Shown one piece after another: positions 19,384 through 28,221 of a stretch of DNA of 59,177 nt (positions are counted from its first letter, which is position 1; every line of letters begins with the position of its first letter). Both the position numbers and the translations under genes were made by a program. A model generated the notes under the pieces. That model was not told where the DNA came from, searched no databases, and saw nothing but the letters and a program-made list of their open reading frames with translations. Location: NCBI GenBank assembly GCA_026415495.1, contig JAOAGZ010000004.1, forward strand, positions 1 through 59,177, written 5' to 3'. The DNA comes from Ignavibacteria bacterium. GTDB lineage: Bacteria; Bacteroidota; Ignavibacteria; Kapaibacteriales; UBA2268.

Positions 19384-20223
19384 TTATTTATTTATAAAGT
19401 GAATTGGAACAAGTAACTTTGAATGAACAGGCTTTCCACTACGTTTAGCAGGGCGAAACTTCACATAGTCGATCACATTTAGGGCGTAAGAATTAAAAAT
19501 ATCGTTATCGGAAGAAATAACTTTCTTTTCGACGACATTACCGAGTTCGTTTAGAACAATCTCAAGAGTAACTGTTCCTTCGATCTTCTGTTCTTTAGCT
19601 TTTTGAGGATAGACAAGGTTATCGATAATATCGCGGTAGTCGTAAAACGGAGCTTCGTCAATTTCTGGTTTTTCTTCTGCAAGTTGAATACCGCCGCTAA
19701 TAGTTTCTATTTGAATAGGGGCAATACCTTCCTGAGTATTTCTAACTTTATTAGAAGGCTTGGCATCGAATTTAATCCTTTCAGAGTTTTTTAGCATAAT
19801 TGCCAGATTATTCAGGAAGTTAATTTTACCCGGGAAGATGTTATATTTATTTTTTTCTATATTAATTCTATCTAATTGAGTAATTTTTTTTATCAGACTA
19901 TCACACTTCGAATTAATATTTTTTATGAAGGAATTTTTTTCTTCTAAAGACATATCACCATTAAAAAAAGCAGAAACGTTAGCAATCATAAAGAACTGAT
20001 AAGCAGATGAATAATCTTCGAGTTCGAGCAGCCAATTTGCAAATTCTACGAACTTATTCGGGTGTATAGCGGAAAAGTCGTCCCCAAAGTGGTTGGATAG
20101 CCCTTTATATATTTTTGAATGATCTTTTGCATAAATACCAATTTTGATTTCATCTAAATTATTTTGAGAAAAAAGACATAGACAACCCGAAAAGAAAAAG
20201 ACGAGAAAGAACAGTTTTTTCAT
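19384..20223 (-). CDS. TonB C-terminal domain protein
   Basis: Signal/anchor, helical middle region, then YPQKAKEQKIEGTV...FRPAKRSGKPV...VPIHF. Confidence 0.8.
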   Translation of the reverse strand: MKKLFFLVFFFSGCLCLFSQNNLDEIKIGIYAKDHSKIYKGLSNHFGDDFSAIHPNKFVEFANWLLELEDYSSAYQFFMIANVSAFFNGDMSLEEKNSFIKNINSKCDSLIKKITQLDRINIEKNKYNIFPGKINFLNNLAIMLKNSERIKFDAKPSNKVRNTQEGIAPIQIETISGGIQLAEEKPEIDEAPFYDYRDIIDNLVYPQKAKEQKIEGTVTLEIVLNELGNVVEKKVISSDNDIFNSYALNVIDYVKFRPAKRSGKPVHSKLLVPIHFINK

Positions 20224-20305
20224 ATGCTACCAGAAACTAATAATCTATATTAGCAAATATATAAATTATTTTACAAAATAAAAACTGCAAACAAGCAAAA
20301 AATCA

Positions 20306-21613
20306 TTATTTAGCAATACGCATCCATTTAAACAAATCTTTGAAAGTAGGTTTTTTGCCATACATAAGAATACCAACCCGATAAATCCTTGCAGCCATTT
20401 TCAGGCAGAGGAAGAAAGTGCCAAGAGTAAGTATAATTGAAGCCAATATTTGCCATAAAGGCACTTGTGTTGCTGCAATCCGCACTGTCATTAAAATAGG
20501 AGTGAAAAACGGAATTAGGGACAATATTACTGCGAGAGTGCCATCAGGATTGCTAACCACATTGAAAATAAGCAGAATAGGAATAATAATTGGAAGAGTA
20601 ACAGGAGTTTGCAATTGTGCGGCATCTTGTTCCTGATCGACGGCAGAACCTATAGCAGCAAATAAAGTTGCATAGATGAAATAGCCGATTAAGAAATAAT
20701 AAATAAAGCCAATAATAAGCCACGGAGAGATAGTTGGTATTTCGAGACCTGCGATATTAAGCATAGTGCCGGTGCTATGTGGCATAGTTGCCTGATTTTG
20801 CAATTGTGCTATCTGCTCAGGCGAAACAGAGCCGCTGAAAATTGTTCCAGCAATAGTAATTGCAGCAAAACCGAGCAAAATCCAGACAGCAACTTGAGTT
20901 AATCCGACCAAACCAATCCCGATAACCTTGCCCATCATGATTTCGAATGGTTTAGCGGAGGAAGCGATAACTTCAATGATGCGATTAGCCTTTTCTTCGA
21001 TTACTCCACGGCTTACAAGAGAGCCGTAAGCAAACATCAGAAAATAAATCACAAAGCCTAAAAAGTAGCCGATTCCGGCATATATTTCTGTATAATCTTT
21101 TTGTTCGCCACGTTCAGTAACTTTGAGAGTTTTTATTTTGAAAGGTTTATCAATGAGCTTGAGAATATCATCGGTTGCACCAGCATCTTTAAGTTGTTTT
21201 TGCTTAATGATATCGCCAAGATTGCTTTCTAAACTTGTAATAAATCCAATACCACCACCGCCTGATGTGAAGACAAGCGCTTCGCCGCTATTGATGACAT
21301 TATCATCAACAACTACGAAACCATCGCTTTCGCCTCCAAGTACCTGACGACGAAGTTCATCTTCTGACTTATCAGACAAATAATATTTAGAAGTATCGAG
21401 GCTGACTAATTTTTGTCCAATCCCGAAATGTGTTTTATCAACAATAGCAATTTTTTTGGAAGTTGAATCAGCAGATAAATAAGCAACCAAACCGGGTATT
21501 ACAATCAGCAAAATAATAAACAAAGGACCCAAAATAGTTCCTATAATAAAGCCTTTTGATTTAATACGAGTAGAATATTCGTGTGAAATTATTGTGTTAA
21601 TTTTATTATTCAT
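20306..21613 (-). CDS. ABC-2 type exporter permease (NatB/YhaP-like)
   Basis: EY..RIKSKGF, VIEEKANRIIEV, MMGKVIG, IPFFTPILM..R, RIYRVGILMYG. Confidence 0.9.
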   Translation of the reverse strand: MNNKINTIISHEYSTRIKSKGFIIGTILGPLFIILLIVIPGLVAYLSADSTSKKIAIVDKTHFGIGQKLVSLDTSKYYLSDKSEDELRRQVLGGESDGFVVVDDNVINSGEALVFTSGGGGIGFITSLESNLGDIIKQKQLKDAGATDDILKLIDKPFKIKTLKVTERGEQKDYTEIYAGIGYFLGFVIYFLMFAYGSLVSRGVIEEKANRIIEVIASSAKPFEIMMGKVIGIGLVGLTQVAVWILLGFAAITIAGTIFSGSVSPEQIAQLQNQATMPHSTGTMLNIAGLEIPTISPWLIIGFIYYFLIGYFIYATLFAAIGSAVDQEQDAAQLQTPVTLPIIIPILLIFNVVSNPDGTLAVILSLIPFFTPILMTVRIAATQVPLWQILASIILTLGTFFLCLKMAARIYRVGILMYGKKPTFKDLFKWMRIAK

Positions 21614-22530
21614 TTTTGTTCTCCTTGTTGATTAGCGACTGTATCAATGAAAATTTCGTGCATTGTAGGAAGCGAAAGGTCAAATTTTGTAACAGTAGCA
21701 AATTCAGAAACAGTTTTAAAAATATCGTTAGTATTAATGGAATGATTTAGTAATTTCAGTTCTAAACGGGAATTAGAGCGGTTAAGGATTTCAACATTAT
21801 TTAACAATTTGACGAACTCGTCGCTTCCATCAAATTCTATAATCAAATGATTACGACCATATTTTGATTTAATATCAGAGACTTTACCGTTGAGAACGAG
21901 TTTGCCTTTGTTAATCATACAAATGCTATCGCAAAGTTCTTCGACCTGCGACATAACGTGAGTAGAAAGAATAATGGTTTTACCTTCATCTCTAAGTTCG
22001 AGCAGGATATTTTTGACAAGTTCTGTATTGATTGGATCGAAACCAGAGAACGGTTCATCAAGGATGATGAGTTCAGGAGAATGAATAATAGTGGTAATAA
22101 ACTGGATTTTTTGCTGCATACCTTTCGATAGTTCCTGAATTTTTTTGTTTTCCCAACCATATGCACCAAGCTTATTAAGCCAAAAGCGGGCACGCTCGAT
22201 AGCAATCGGTTTTGGTAATCCTTTCAACCGAGCGAAATAAATAATTTGCTCCATTACTTTTAGTTTTTTATAAAGCCCTCTTTCTTCCGGGAGATATCCT
22301 ATTTTATTCTGTAAATTCGGGTTAAGTTTCTCGCCAAAAATATTGATTTCACCTTCGTCAGGAATTAAAATATTGTTAATCATCCGAATAAGAGTTGTTT
22401 TGCCAGCACCATTAGGACCGAGCAGACCAAAAATTTGCCCACTTTCGACTGCAAAAGTAATATTATTTGCAGCAGCATAGTTTCCAAAACTTTTAGTAAC
22501 ATTTTTTACTTCGAGTATTTCCATCAACAT
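21610..22530 (-). CDS. ABC exporter ATP-binding protein (NatA/YhaQ-like)
   Basis: GPNGAGKTT, LPEERGLY, LSKGMQQK, LDEPFSG, STH motifs. Confidence 0.93.
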   Translation of the reverse strand: MLMEILEVKNVTKSFGNYAAANNITFAVESGQIFGLLGPNGAGKTTLIRMINNILIPDEGEINIFGEKLNPNLQNKIGYLPEERGLYKKLKVMEQIIYFARLKGLPKPIAIERARFWLNKLGAYGWENKKIQELSKGMQQKIQFITTIIHSPELIILDEPFSGFDPINTELVKNILLELRDEGKTIILSTHVMSQVEELCDSICMINKGKLVLNGKVSDIKSKYGRNHLIIEFDGSDEFVKLLNNVEILNRSNSRLELKLLNHSINTNDIFKTVSEFATVTKFDLSLPTMHEIFIDTVANQQGEQK

Positions 22531-22567
22531 TGCTCACGAAAATTGAAGAATAAAAACTCAACAAACA

Positions 22568-22594
22568 TACGAAAGAAATAATAAAAAAGTTTCA
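22568..22594 (-). promoter_or_regulatory. Candidate ECF (sigmaW-type) promoter for the ABC exporter
   Basis: Minus strand reads TGAAAC-N17-CGTA, ending 38 nt before ATG 22530; it overlaps a TATGTTTG -7 box at 22562-22569. Confidence 0.5.
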
Positions 22595-22743
22595 TTTAAA
22601 TAGCAACTGAACGATTTTATTAGTCGCTTTATATCTATACAAATATAAAAGAATTAAAGGAAAGAGAAAATATTTAGAATTATTTCATTCAGAGATAGAT
22701 TGAACTAACGAAACAGGATAACAAATTCATAAATTGAATGTCG

Positions 22744-22787
22744 AAAAAAAACAGGCTGAACCAGCAGAATGGAACAGCCTATTTTTT
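22744..22787 (-). terminator. Hairpin/terminator after the TerB-like gene
   Basis: AGGCTG(22753-58)...CAGCCT(22775-80) imperfect stem with A/T runs. Confidence 0.55.
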
Positions 22788-22800
22788 GAAAGATAGACAA

Positions 22801-23292
22801 CTATTCTTCGATTGAATTGATAATATCCATAATGATATTTGTCTGCTCTAAATCTTTAACAGCGATATTCAAACAACGTCCGACTTCGTTGATGGCATCC
22901 ATTTCGTCGTAGCTTATCTTGTAGCCAAACAGAGAACCGGAAGCATTAGCGATAAATACTCCAAGAGCAATTAAATGCTTTTTAAAAGATAAGGCATCTT
23001 TTGGCTCGATTTTATTATCCAGAATGAAAGCAGTTTTGCGTAAAATTTCTTTTGCAGGTTGTTTTTGAGCATCGAAAATGCTGTTGAGTTCATCACCATT
23101 AGGAATAGTCTGAAGAATTTCTTTTGCAAGAGAGTTATTTAACTTATGGGAATTTTTAATAATAACATCGATAGCGTCTTTTTCTTTTTTGTCGATTTTA
23201 CCATCAGCGCCGGCAATCATTTTAAAAACCGCAAAAAATGAAGATTGCAAAATTGCCCAATCTTCACTCGAGAGCAATTCTTTGTAAGCCAT
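22801..23292 (-). CDS. TerB-like (tellurite resistance B fold) protein
   Basis: Duplicated motif IAGADGKIDKKE ... IANASG...ISYDEMDAI; GAGG SD. Confidence 0.7.
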   Translation of the reverse strand: MAYKELLSSEDWAILQSSFFAVFKMIAGADGKIDKKEKDAIDVIIKNSHKLNNSLAKEILQTIPNGDELNSIFDAQKQPAKEILRKTAFILDNKIEPKDALSFKKHLIALGVFIANASGSLFGYKISYDEMDAINEVGRCLNIAVKDLEQTNIIMDIINSIEE

Positions 23293-23365
23293 ATTAACCT
23301 CAAAAAAAGGATAAAAGAAGAATTTTGTTGAAAAGACTTACAAAAAAAAATATTATTGTAAGAAA

Positions 23366-24229
23366 TCAATTGTTTTTGCGAACAAATTCTTCCAAAGTAA
23401 AATAAGTATTTGTAAAATGTTTTCCGACGCGGTAATTATCTTCGTCAAAATATACACGCAGTTTTTGTTCGATAGTCTGGAAGAAATGAACAGGGACAAA
23501 AAATTTAGAAGAAATAAACAATCGACCACCAGAATTAATAATTGCGTTTGTCTGCAGTGATTGTTGTTCAGATTTCATTTGATAAGTAGCTTCTCCGGTT
23601 CGGATGAAACGAAATTTTATACAAGAATAACCAAGAGTATCTATTTTATCTTCGGCACGCATTAAATTTGAATGTTCAACAATAGCGGGTGGGAAAGAAT
23701 TTTCGACAAGAGTATCGATTGAGCTAACAAGCCAAGATTCATTAACTACTTTGCAAGATTGTTTGAAGGGGAAAAATAAGTAAGGTTGATAAGGTCCACC
23801 GGGAGAAACTGCAGCATTCGTAACATCTTCGGCAACAGAACGAATTCTATTGGAAACAGAATCAATAACCAAGTAGAATTTTCTATTAATCCAGGGAGAA
23901 GATTTTCGCATAACATCTTTTATTTCACCTTTAGATTCGACGGCAGAATAGTCTGTGAAATAAAGATTCAGGTGAAATCTGCCGAATTTATCAACTGAAT
24001 CGCATTTGACAATAAATCTTTCCCAACGATCCCGCACCAAGGGAATATCATCGTCAAAAACAATACTATCGCGAGATTCCACACGATAAATAAGCAAATC
24101 GCCTTGTTGAAACTTATATTTGAAACAGACTGTATCAACCTGAACTTTTTCAATTTCTTCGAAATCGGATTGGGCAAAACACAGTAAGCTCGCAAATAAT
24201 AGAGTTATTAAATAAATAAACTTTCTCAT
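23366..24229 (-). CDS. Hypothetical secreted protein
   Basis: Likely start 24229 (MRKFIYLITLLFASLLCFAQ signal peptide); F.YKF..GD...Y beta-rich pattern; TATTTTTG box at 24259-24266. Confidence 0.7.
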   Translation of the reverse strand: MRKFIYLITLLFASLLCFAQSDFEEIEKVQVDTVCFKYKFQQGDLLIYRVESRDSIVFDDDIPLVRDRWERFIVKCDSVDKFGRFHLNLYFTDYSAVESKGEIKDVMRKSSPWINRKFYLVIDSVSNRIRSVAEDVTNAAVSPGGPYQPYLFFPFKQSCKVVNESWLVSSIDTLVENSFPPAIVEHSNLMRAEDKIDTLGYSCIKFRFIRTGEATYQMKSEQQSLQTNAIINSGGRLFISSKFFVPVHFFQTIEQKLRVYFDEDNYRVGKHFTNTYFTLEEFVRKNN

Positions 24230-24317
24230 ATACTCAAAAAATGTATTTGTAATAATTACAAAAATAGTGTTAATTTTGAAATAATTGACGATATTAATAA
24301 TAAATCGTTTCATTAGG

Positions 24318-24389
24318 GGCGCATTCGTCTAACGGTTAGGACGCAGCCCTCTCAAGGCTGAAATAGGGGTTCGATTCCCCTATGCGCTG
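24318..24389 (+). tRNA. tRNA-Glu(CTC); CCA not encoded
   Basis: Acceptor GGCGCAT/ATGCGCT, anticodon arm CAGCC-CTCTCAA-GGCTG, T-arm AGGGG-TTCGATT-CCCCT; TAATTTTG box at 24271-24278. Confidence 0.95.
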
Positions 24390-24486
24390 CTAGAGTTCCT
24401 TTATAATATTCCACATAAAAGAATAGATGATTGATTTGTAAACATTTTTTTTTATTTTTGGATATGTTAAAATTTTGCTGAAAAAT

Positions 24487-24945
24487 ATGGATGAAATAGC
24501 TAAAAGTTTGGATAAATTTAAGTTTTATGTAGAGGGCAAAGTTCAATTTAGTGAAGTTGATTCTTTCGAAGTTGTTCACAACATTCAGTATCTCTATTGG
24601 ATGGAAAATTCACGATTAGAATATTTGGACAAAATTGGCATAAAAATCGAGAAAAACACTATCAGAGAAAAATTACCGCTGATGGTTGTAAGCACCAGTA
24701 TTTCTTATCTTGCTCCATTATTTTTTACTGACAAATACAGAGTATATTGTCGGACAGCTTCAATTGGTAACTCATCGCTGACAATGGAAAATATTGTAAC
24801 GAACGAAAATAATGAAATATGTGCAATAGCAAGGTCTGTGATGGTACATCTTGAAAAAGGATCATTCAAATCAAAAAGAATTCCTGATGAAGTAAGAGAA
24901 AAAATCAAGCAATTTGAACAAACTAATTTAGAGATTACAGGTTAA
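24487..24945 (+). CDS. Acyl-CoA thioesterase (YbgC/FadM hotdog fold)
   Basis: VQFSEVDSFEVVHNIQYLYWMENSR, IGNSSL, RIPDEVR. Confidence 0.85.
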   Translation: MDEIAKSLDKFKFYVEGKVQFSEVDSFEVVHNIQYLYWMENSRLEYLDKIGIKIEKNTIREKLPLMVVSTSISYLAPLFFTDKYRVYCRTASIGNSSLTMENIVTNENNEICAIARSVMVHLEKGSFKSKRIPDEVREKIKQFEQTNLEITG

Positions 24946-24946
24946 T

Positions 24947-26491
24947 ATGAAGAAAACAGAGCACTGGGAAGTTCTCAAACTTGCAGCTCAATGTATTATT
25001 CCAAGATTAGACATTGAGAAATTTCATCAGGAGAATGAATACAAGGATGAGATGATAAAACTAACTGAATCCGGAATTGGAGGATTCTGTATATTTGGTG
25101 GGAATTGCGATCTTGTCGAGAAAGCAACAAGCTATTTACAGTCGTTAGCTGAAATACCACTTATATTTGCAGCAGATTTTGAAAATGGGCTATCTATGCG
25201 TTTGGATGATGGAACTGCGTTTCCACACGCAATGGCTCTGGGAATTGCCGATGACGCAAAACTTACAGAAGAAATTGCAACTGCAATTGCAAAAGAGGCA
25301 AAAGACATCGGAGTACATTGGAATTTGGCTCCTGTTTGCGATATAAACTCAAATCCAAGAAATCCAATAATAAATATACGATCTTTTGGTCAAACAAGTG
25401 AAATAGTTTCTAAGCATATTTTGGCATATATCAAAGGAACACAAGCAGAAAATGTTGCAGCGACAGCAAAACATTTCCCTGGACACGGAAACACTACAAT
25501 TGATTCACATATAGAATTACCAATAATTGATTGTAGTTTAAGTGAATTATTTGAAAACGAAATAATTCCATTCCGGGCTGCTATTGAAAGCAATGTGAAG
25601 TCTATTATGGTTGGACATCTGCTTGTAAAATCGATTGATGAAAGCAAACCAGCGTCATTATCAGAAAAAGTTATCAAGTTACATATCAGGGAAAAGCTTG
25701 GATTTGATGGACTTGTTCTTACCGATGCACTTGATATGAAGTCAGTATCACAGAAGTACTCACCAAGTGAATTATTATTGCTTGCTTTATCGGCTGGAAA
25801 TGATATTTTATTGATGCCTGAAAATCCTATTGATGCAATTAGCATTGTCGAGCAAGCAATAGAAAAATCTGAAGAATTGCGTGAACAAGTAATCAGTTCT
25901 GTTCGTAAAATACTTTCCTTAAAAAGATTTTGCGGGTTAATACCAAGCTTTGCAAAGAATGAGACAAAACTGAATACGTGGATGAAACATACAAATCTTG
26001 CGTTGAGAGTAGCAATAAAATCCATAAAATCAGATATTGCTGAAAGTGATTTACCAATAGACAGTAGCAAGCAATATGCTGCATTTTCAATTATTCAGAA
26101 TGATTATGATATGCAAGCGGCGTCAAGATTTTTTACGATGCTAGCGCAGGCAACAGAAAATGATTGCGATTACGGTTATTTAGACACAAATATTTCAGAT
26201 GAAGATACTCAAAAATTAGTAGAGAACATTGAAAATGCTGAGTTTTTGATTTTTGCAATTTTTTCGAAGGGAAGAGCCTACCAGGGAAGTATTGAAATAT
26301 CTGATAAAATTAACAACATAATAGAAAAAATATCGAATGGAAGAAAAAAGTATGTAATCATTTTCGGTTATCCACATTTTGCAAAAGAGTTGGAGTGTGG
26401 AAATATAATATATTGCTACTCTGATTCTTTTCCGTCTATCGCTGCGGCGATAATGAAGCTAACGGGCAGAGAACTGCCAGAAAATTATTAA
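24947..26491 (+). CDS. nagZ: GH3 beta-N-acetylhexosaminidase (NagZ-like)
   Basis: AADFENG, APVCDIN, RSFG, KHFPGHGNTTIDSH, MVGH, TDALDM. Confidence 0.88.
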   Translation: MKKTEHWEVLKLAAQCIIPRLDIEKFHQENEYKDEMIKLTESGIGGFCIFGGNCDLVEKATSYLQSLAEIPLIFAADFENGLSMRLDDGTAFPHAMALGIADDAKLTEEIATAIAKEAKDIGVHWNLAPVCDINSNPRNPIINIRSFGQTSEIVSKHILAYIKGTQAENVAATAKHFPGHGNTTIDSHIELPIIDCSLSELFENEIIPFRAAIESNVKSIMVGHLLVKSIDESKPASLSEKVIKLHIREKLGFDGLVLTDALDMKSVSQKYSPSELLLLALSAGNDILLMPENPIDAISIVEQAIEKSEELREQVISSVRKILSLKRFCGLIPSFAKNETKLNTWMKHTNLALRVAIKSIKSDIAESDLPIDSSKQYAAFSIIQNDYDMQAASRFFTMLAQATENDCDYGYLDTNISDEDTQKLVENIENAEFLIFAIFSKGRAYQGSIEISDKINNIIEKISNGRKKYVIIFGYPHFAKELECGNIIYCYSDSFPSIAAAIMKLTGRELPENY

Positions 26492-26516
26492 TTTTGTTAA
26501 ACGATTGAAAAATAAC

Positions 26517-27713
26517 ATGAGTAAACGTTTACGAGTTTTATTTTTAACAGCAAGATTTCCATATCCATTGATTGGAGGCGATAGACTAAAGCCTTATTAT
26601 ATTTTGAAATATCTGGGCAAACATCACGATGTTACTTTAGTAACCTTTCATCAAGGTGCAGATTTACCTAAAAGTTATATTAACGAAATAGAAAAATTAG
26701 GTGTTAAAGTAATTGTAATTCCGCTCGACCCTGTTTCGGCAGGTTTGAAAGCAGGGATGAAGCTCATAACGAAAAGCCCACTCGAAATAGATTATTATTA
26801 TTCAAATAGTTTCAAAAAAGCAGTAGAAGAATTGCAACCTGAAAGGAATTTTGATGTTGCAATTGCTTTTTTTATGCGAACAGCAGAGTATATAAAAGAA
26901 TTAAGAATACCCAAAATATTAATGGCAGAAGATTGCAGAACAATTTATCAATATCGTTCGTATAAGGAATCAACAAGTTTGCTGCAAAAATTTGTAAGAC
27001 ATTGGGAATACAATAAATTAAAAAAATACGAGCCTGAAATTGTTAAATATTTTGATATAGTAACATTTGTAAGTAACGACGATATAAAAGAGATGCAAAA
27101 GTTAAACAGTGGAGTTGAATACAGATTACTATCGAATGGTGTTGATTTAAACAGGTATACATTTAACAACGACATAAAAAACCGGGAAGGCATACTGTTC
27201 GCTGGGAAGCTTGATGTTTGGGCAAATCAGATAATGATTAATACAATAGTAAATGAGATATTGCCTGAAATATTGGCAAAATTGCCGGAAGTAGAGTTTC
27301 ATATAGCAGGGGCAAAACCACCACACAGCGTGATGTCGCTCAAGACCAAGAAAAACATTAAGCTTCATATTGATGTACCTGATATGTTGCCTTATTTGCA
27401 TAGTGCGAGAGTATTTTTGCATCCACATTCAGGTGGCTCAGGCATTCAGAATAAATTGTTAGAAGCAATGGCAAGCGGATGTCCTGTAATTACAACTCCT
27501 ACGGGCAATCAAGGAATATATGCTAAGAATGAAGAAAGTGCAATAATATGCAATACGAAAGAAGAAATGATACGATATGCAGTTAAGATACTAAAAGATG
27601 AAGAATTTGCATCAAAACTTATAAAAAATGCAAGAGTGCTAATCGAAGAAAAGCACTCCTGGGAAGCAATATATAAGCAGTTAGATAGTATTCTTGATGA
27701 ATTGCTGGATTAA
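26517..27713 (+). CDS. GT4 family glycosyltransferase
   Basis: RFPYPLIGGDRL, NGVD, GSGIQNKLLEAMASGCPVITT; ATG at 26517. Confidence 0.9.
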   Translation: MSKRLRVLFLTARFPYPLIGGDRLKPYYILKYLGKHHDVTLVTFHQGADLPKSYINEIEKLGVKVIVIPLDPVSAGLKAGMKLITKSPLEIDYYYSNSFKKAVEELQPERNFDVAIAFFMRTAEYIKELRIPKILMAEDCRTIYQYRSYKESTSLLQKFVRHWEYNKLKKYEPEIVKYFDIVTFVSNDDIKEMQKLNSGVEYRLLSNGVDLNRYTFNNDIKNREGILFAGKLDVWANQIMINTIVNEILPEILAKLPEVEFHIAGAKPPHSVMSLKTKKNIKLHIDVPDMLPYLHSARVFLHPHSGGSGIQNKLLEAMASGCPVITTPTGNQGIYAKNEESAIICNTKEEMIRYAVKILKDEEFASKLIKNARVLIEEKHSWEAIYKQLDSILDELLD

Positions 27714-27715
27714 GC

Positions 27716-28168
27716 TTAATTAAATGGCTTAAGCAATGGAAAATCTTTTCCAATAACAACAGTTGAACGAACGAACAAGGTAGAATCTATAGCACTAACT
27801 ACCAAGGAATCCGGCACACCGATAGCATAAGCAACCTTTCTTGCACTGCGAACATCCCCGAGCCTATCGAGAACGAATGATTTTTCTTCTTTTTTTGGAT
27901 AATTACCAATTTCGACTACATCAAATCCACGAAGGCGTAAAAATTCCATTACTTTGGCTGCAAGTCCAGTTTCTCCGCAGGCATTTAGAACGTTCACCTG
28001 AATCACGACATCGTTTTGGCTTGTATTAGCTCCGTTATCAATTTCAGCCTGAACAGGTGGAGAAATAATAACCCGATTAATAAAAGAAGAAAGCATAACA
28101 ATAACAATTAAGCTGAAAGAAACCAGCAATAAAATATTAGCAGTTTTGTTGTTTGAAATAATTTTCAT
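27716..28168 (-). CDS. LytR C-terminal domain membrane protein
   Basis: N-terminal TM, VNVLNACGETGLA, GFDV.EIGNY, TVVIGKDF. Confidence 0.88.
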   Translation of the reverse strand: MKIISNNKTANILLLVSFSLIVIVMLSSFINRVIISPPVQAEIDNGANTSQNDVVIQVNVLNACGETGLAAKVMEFLRLRGFDVVEIGNYPKKEEKSFVLDRLGDVRSARKVAYAIGVPDSLVVSAIDSTLFVRSTVVIGKDFPLLKPFN

Positions 28169-28221
28169 ATTCCCCCCAAAAATGATAAATAATCACAGGG
28201 GAATTATCAATTTTTGTGCCA

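Noticed and set aside
24318-24480. Possible integrative element at tRNA-Glu
   Set aside because: No integrase, no duplicated tRNA 3' end seen, and housekeeping genes follow directly.
24352-24579. 75-aa minus-strand ORF ending AAHRGIEPLFQP
   Set aside because: This is the antisense translation of tRNA-Glu plus the thioesterase start, a classic spurious ORF.
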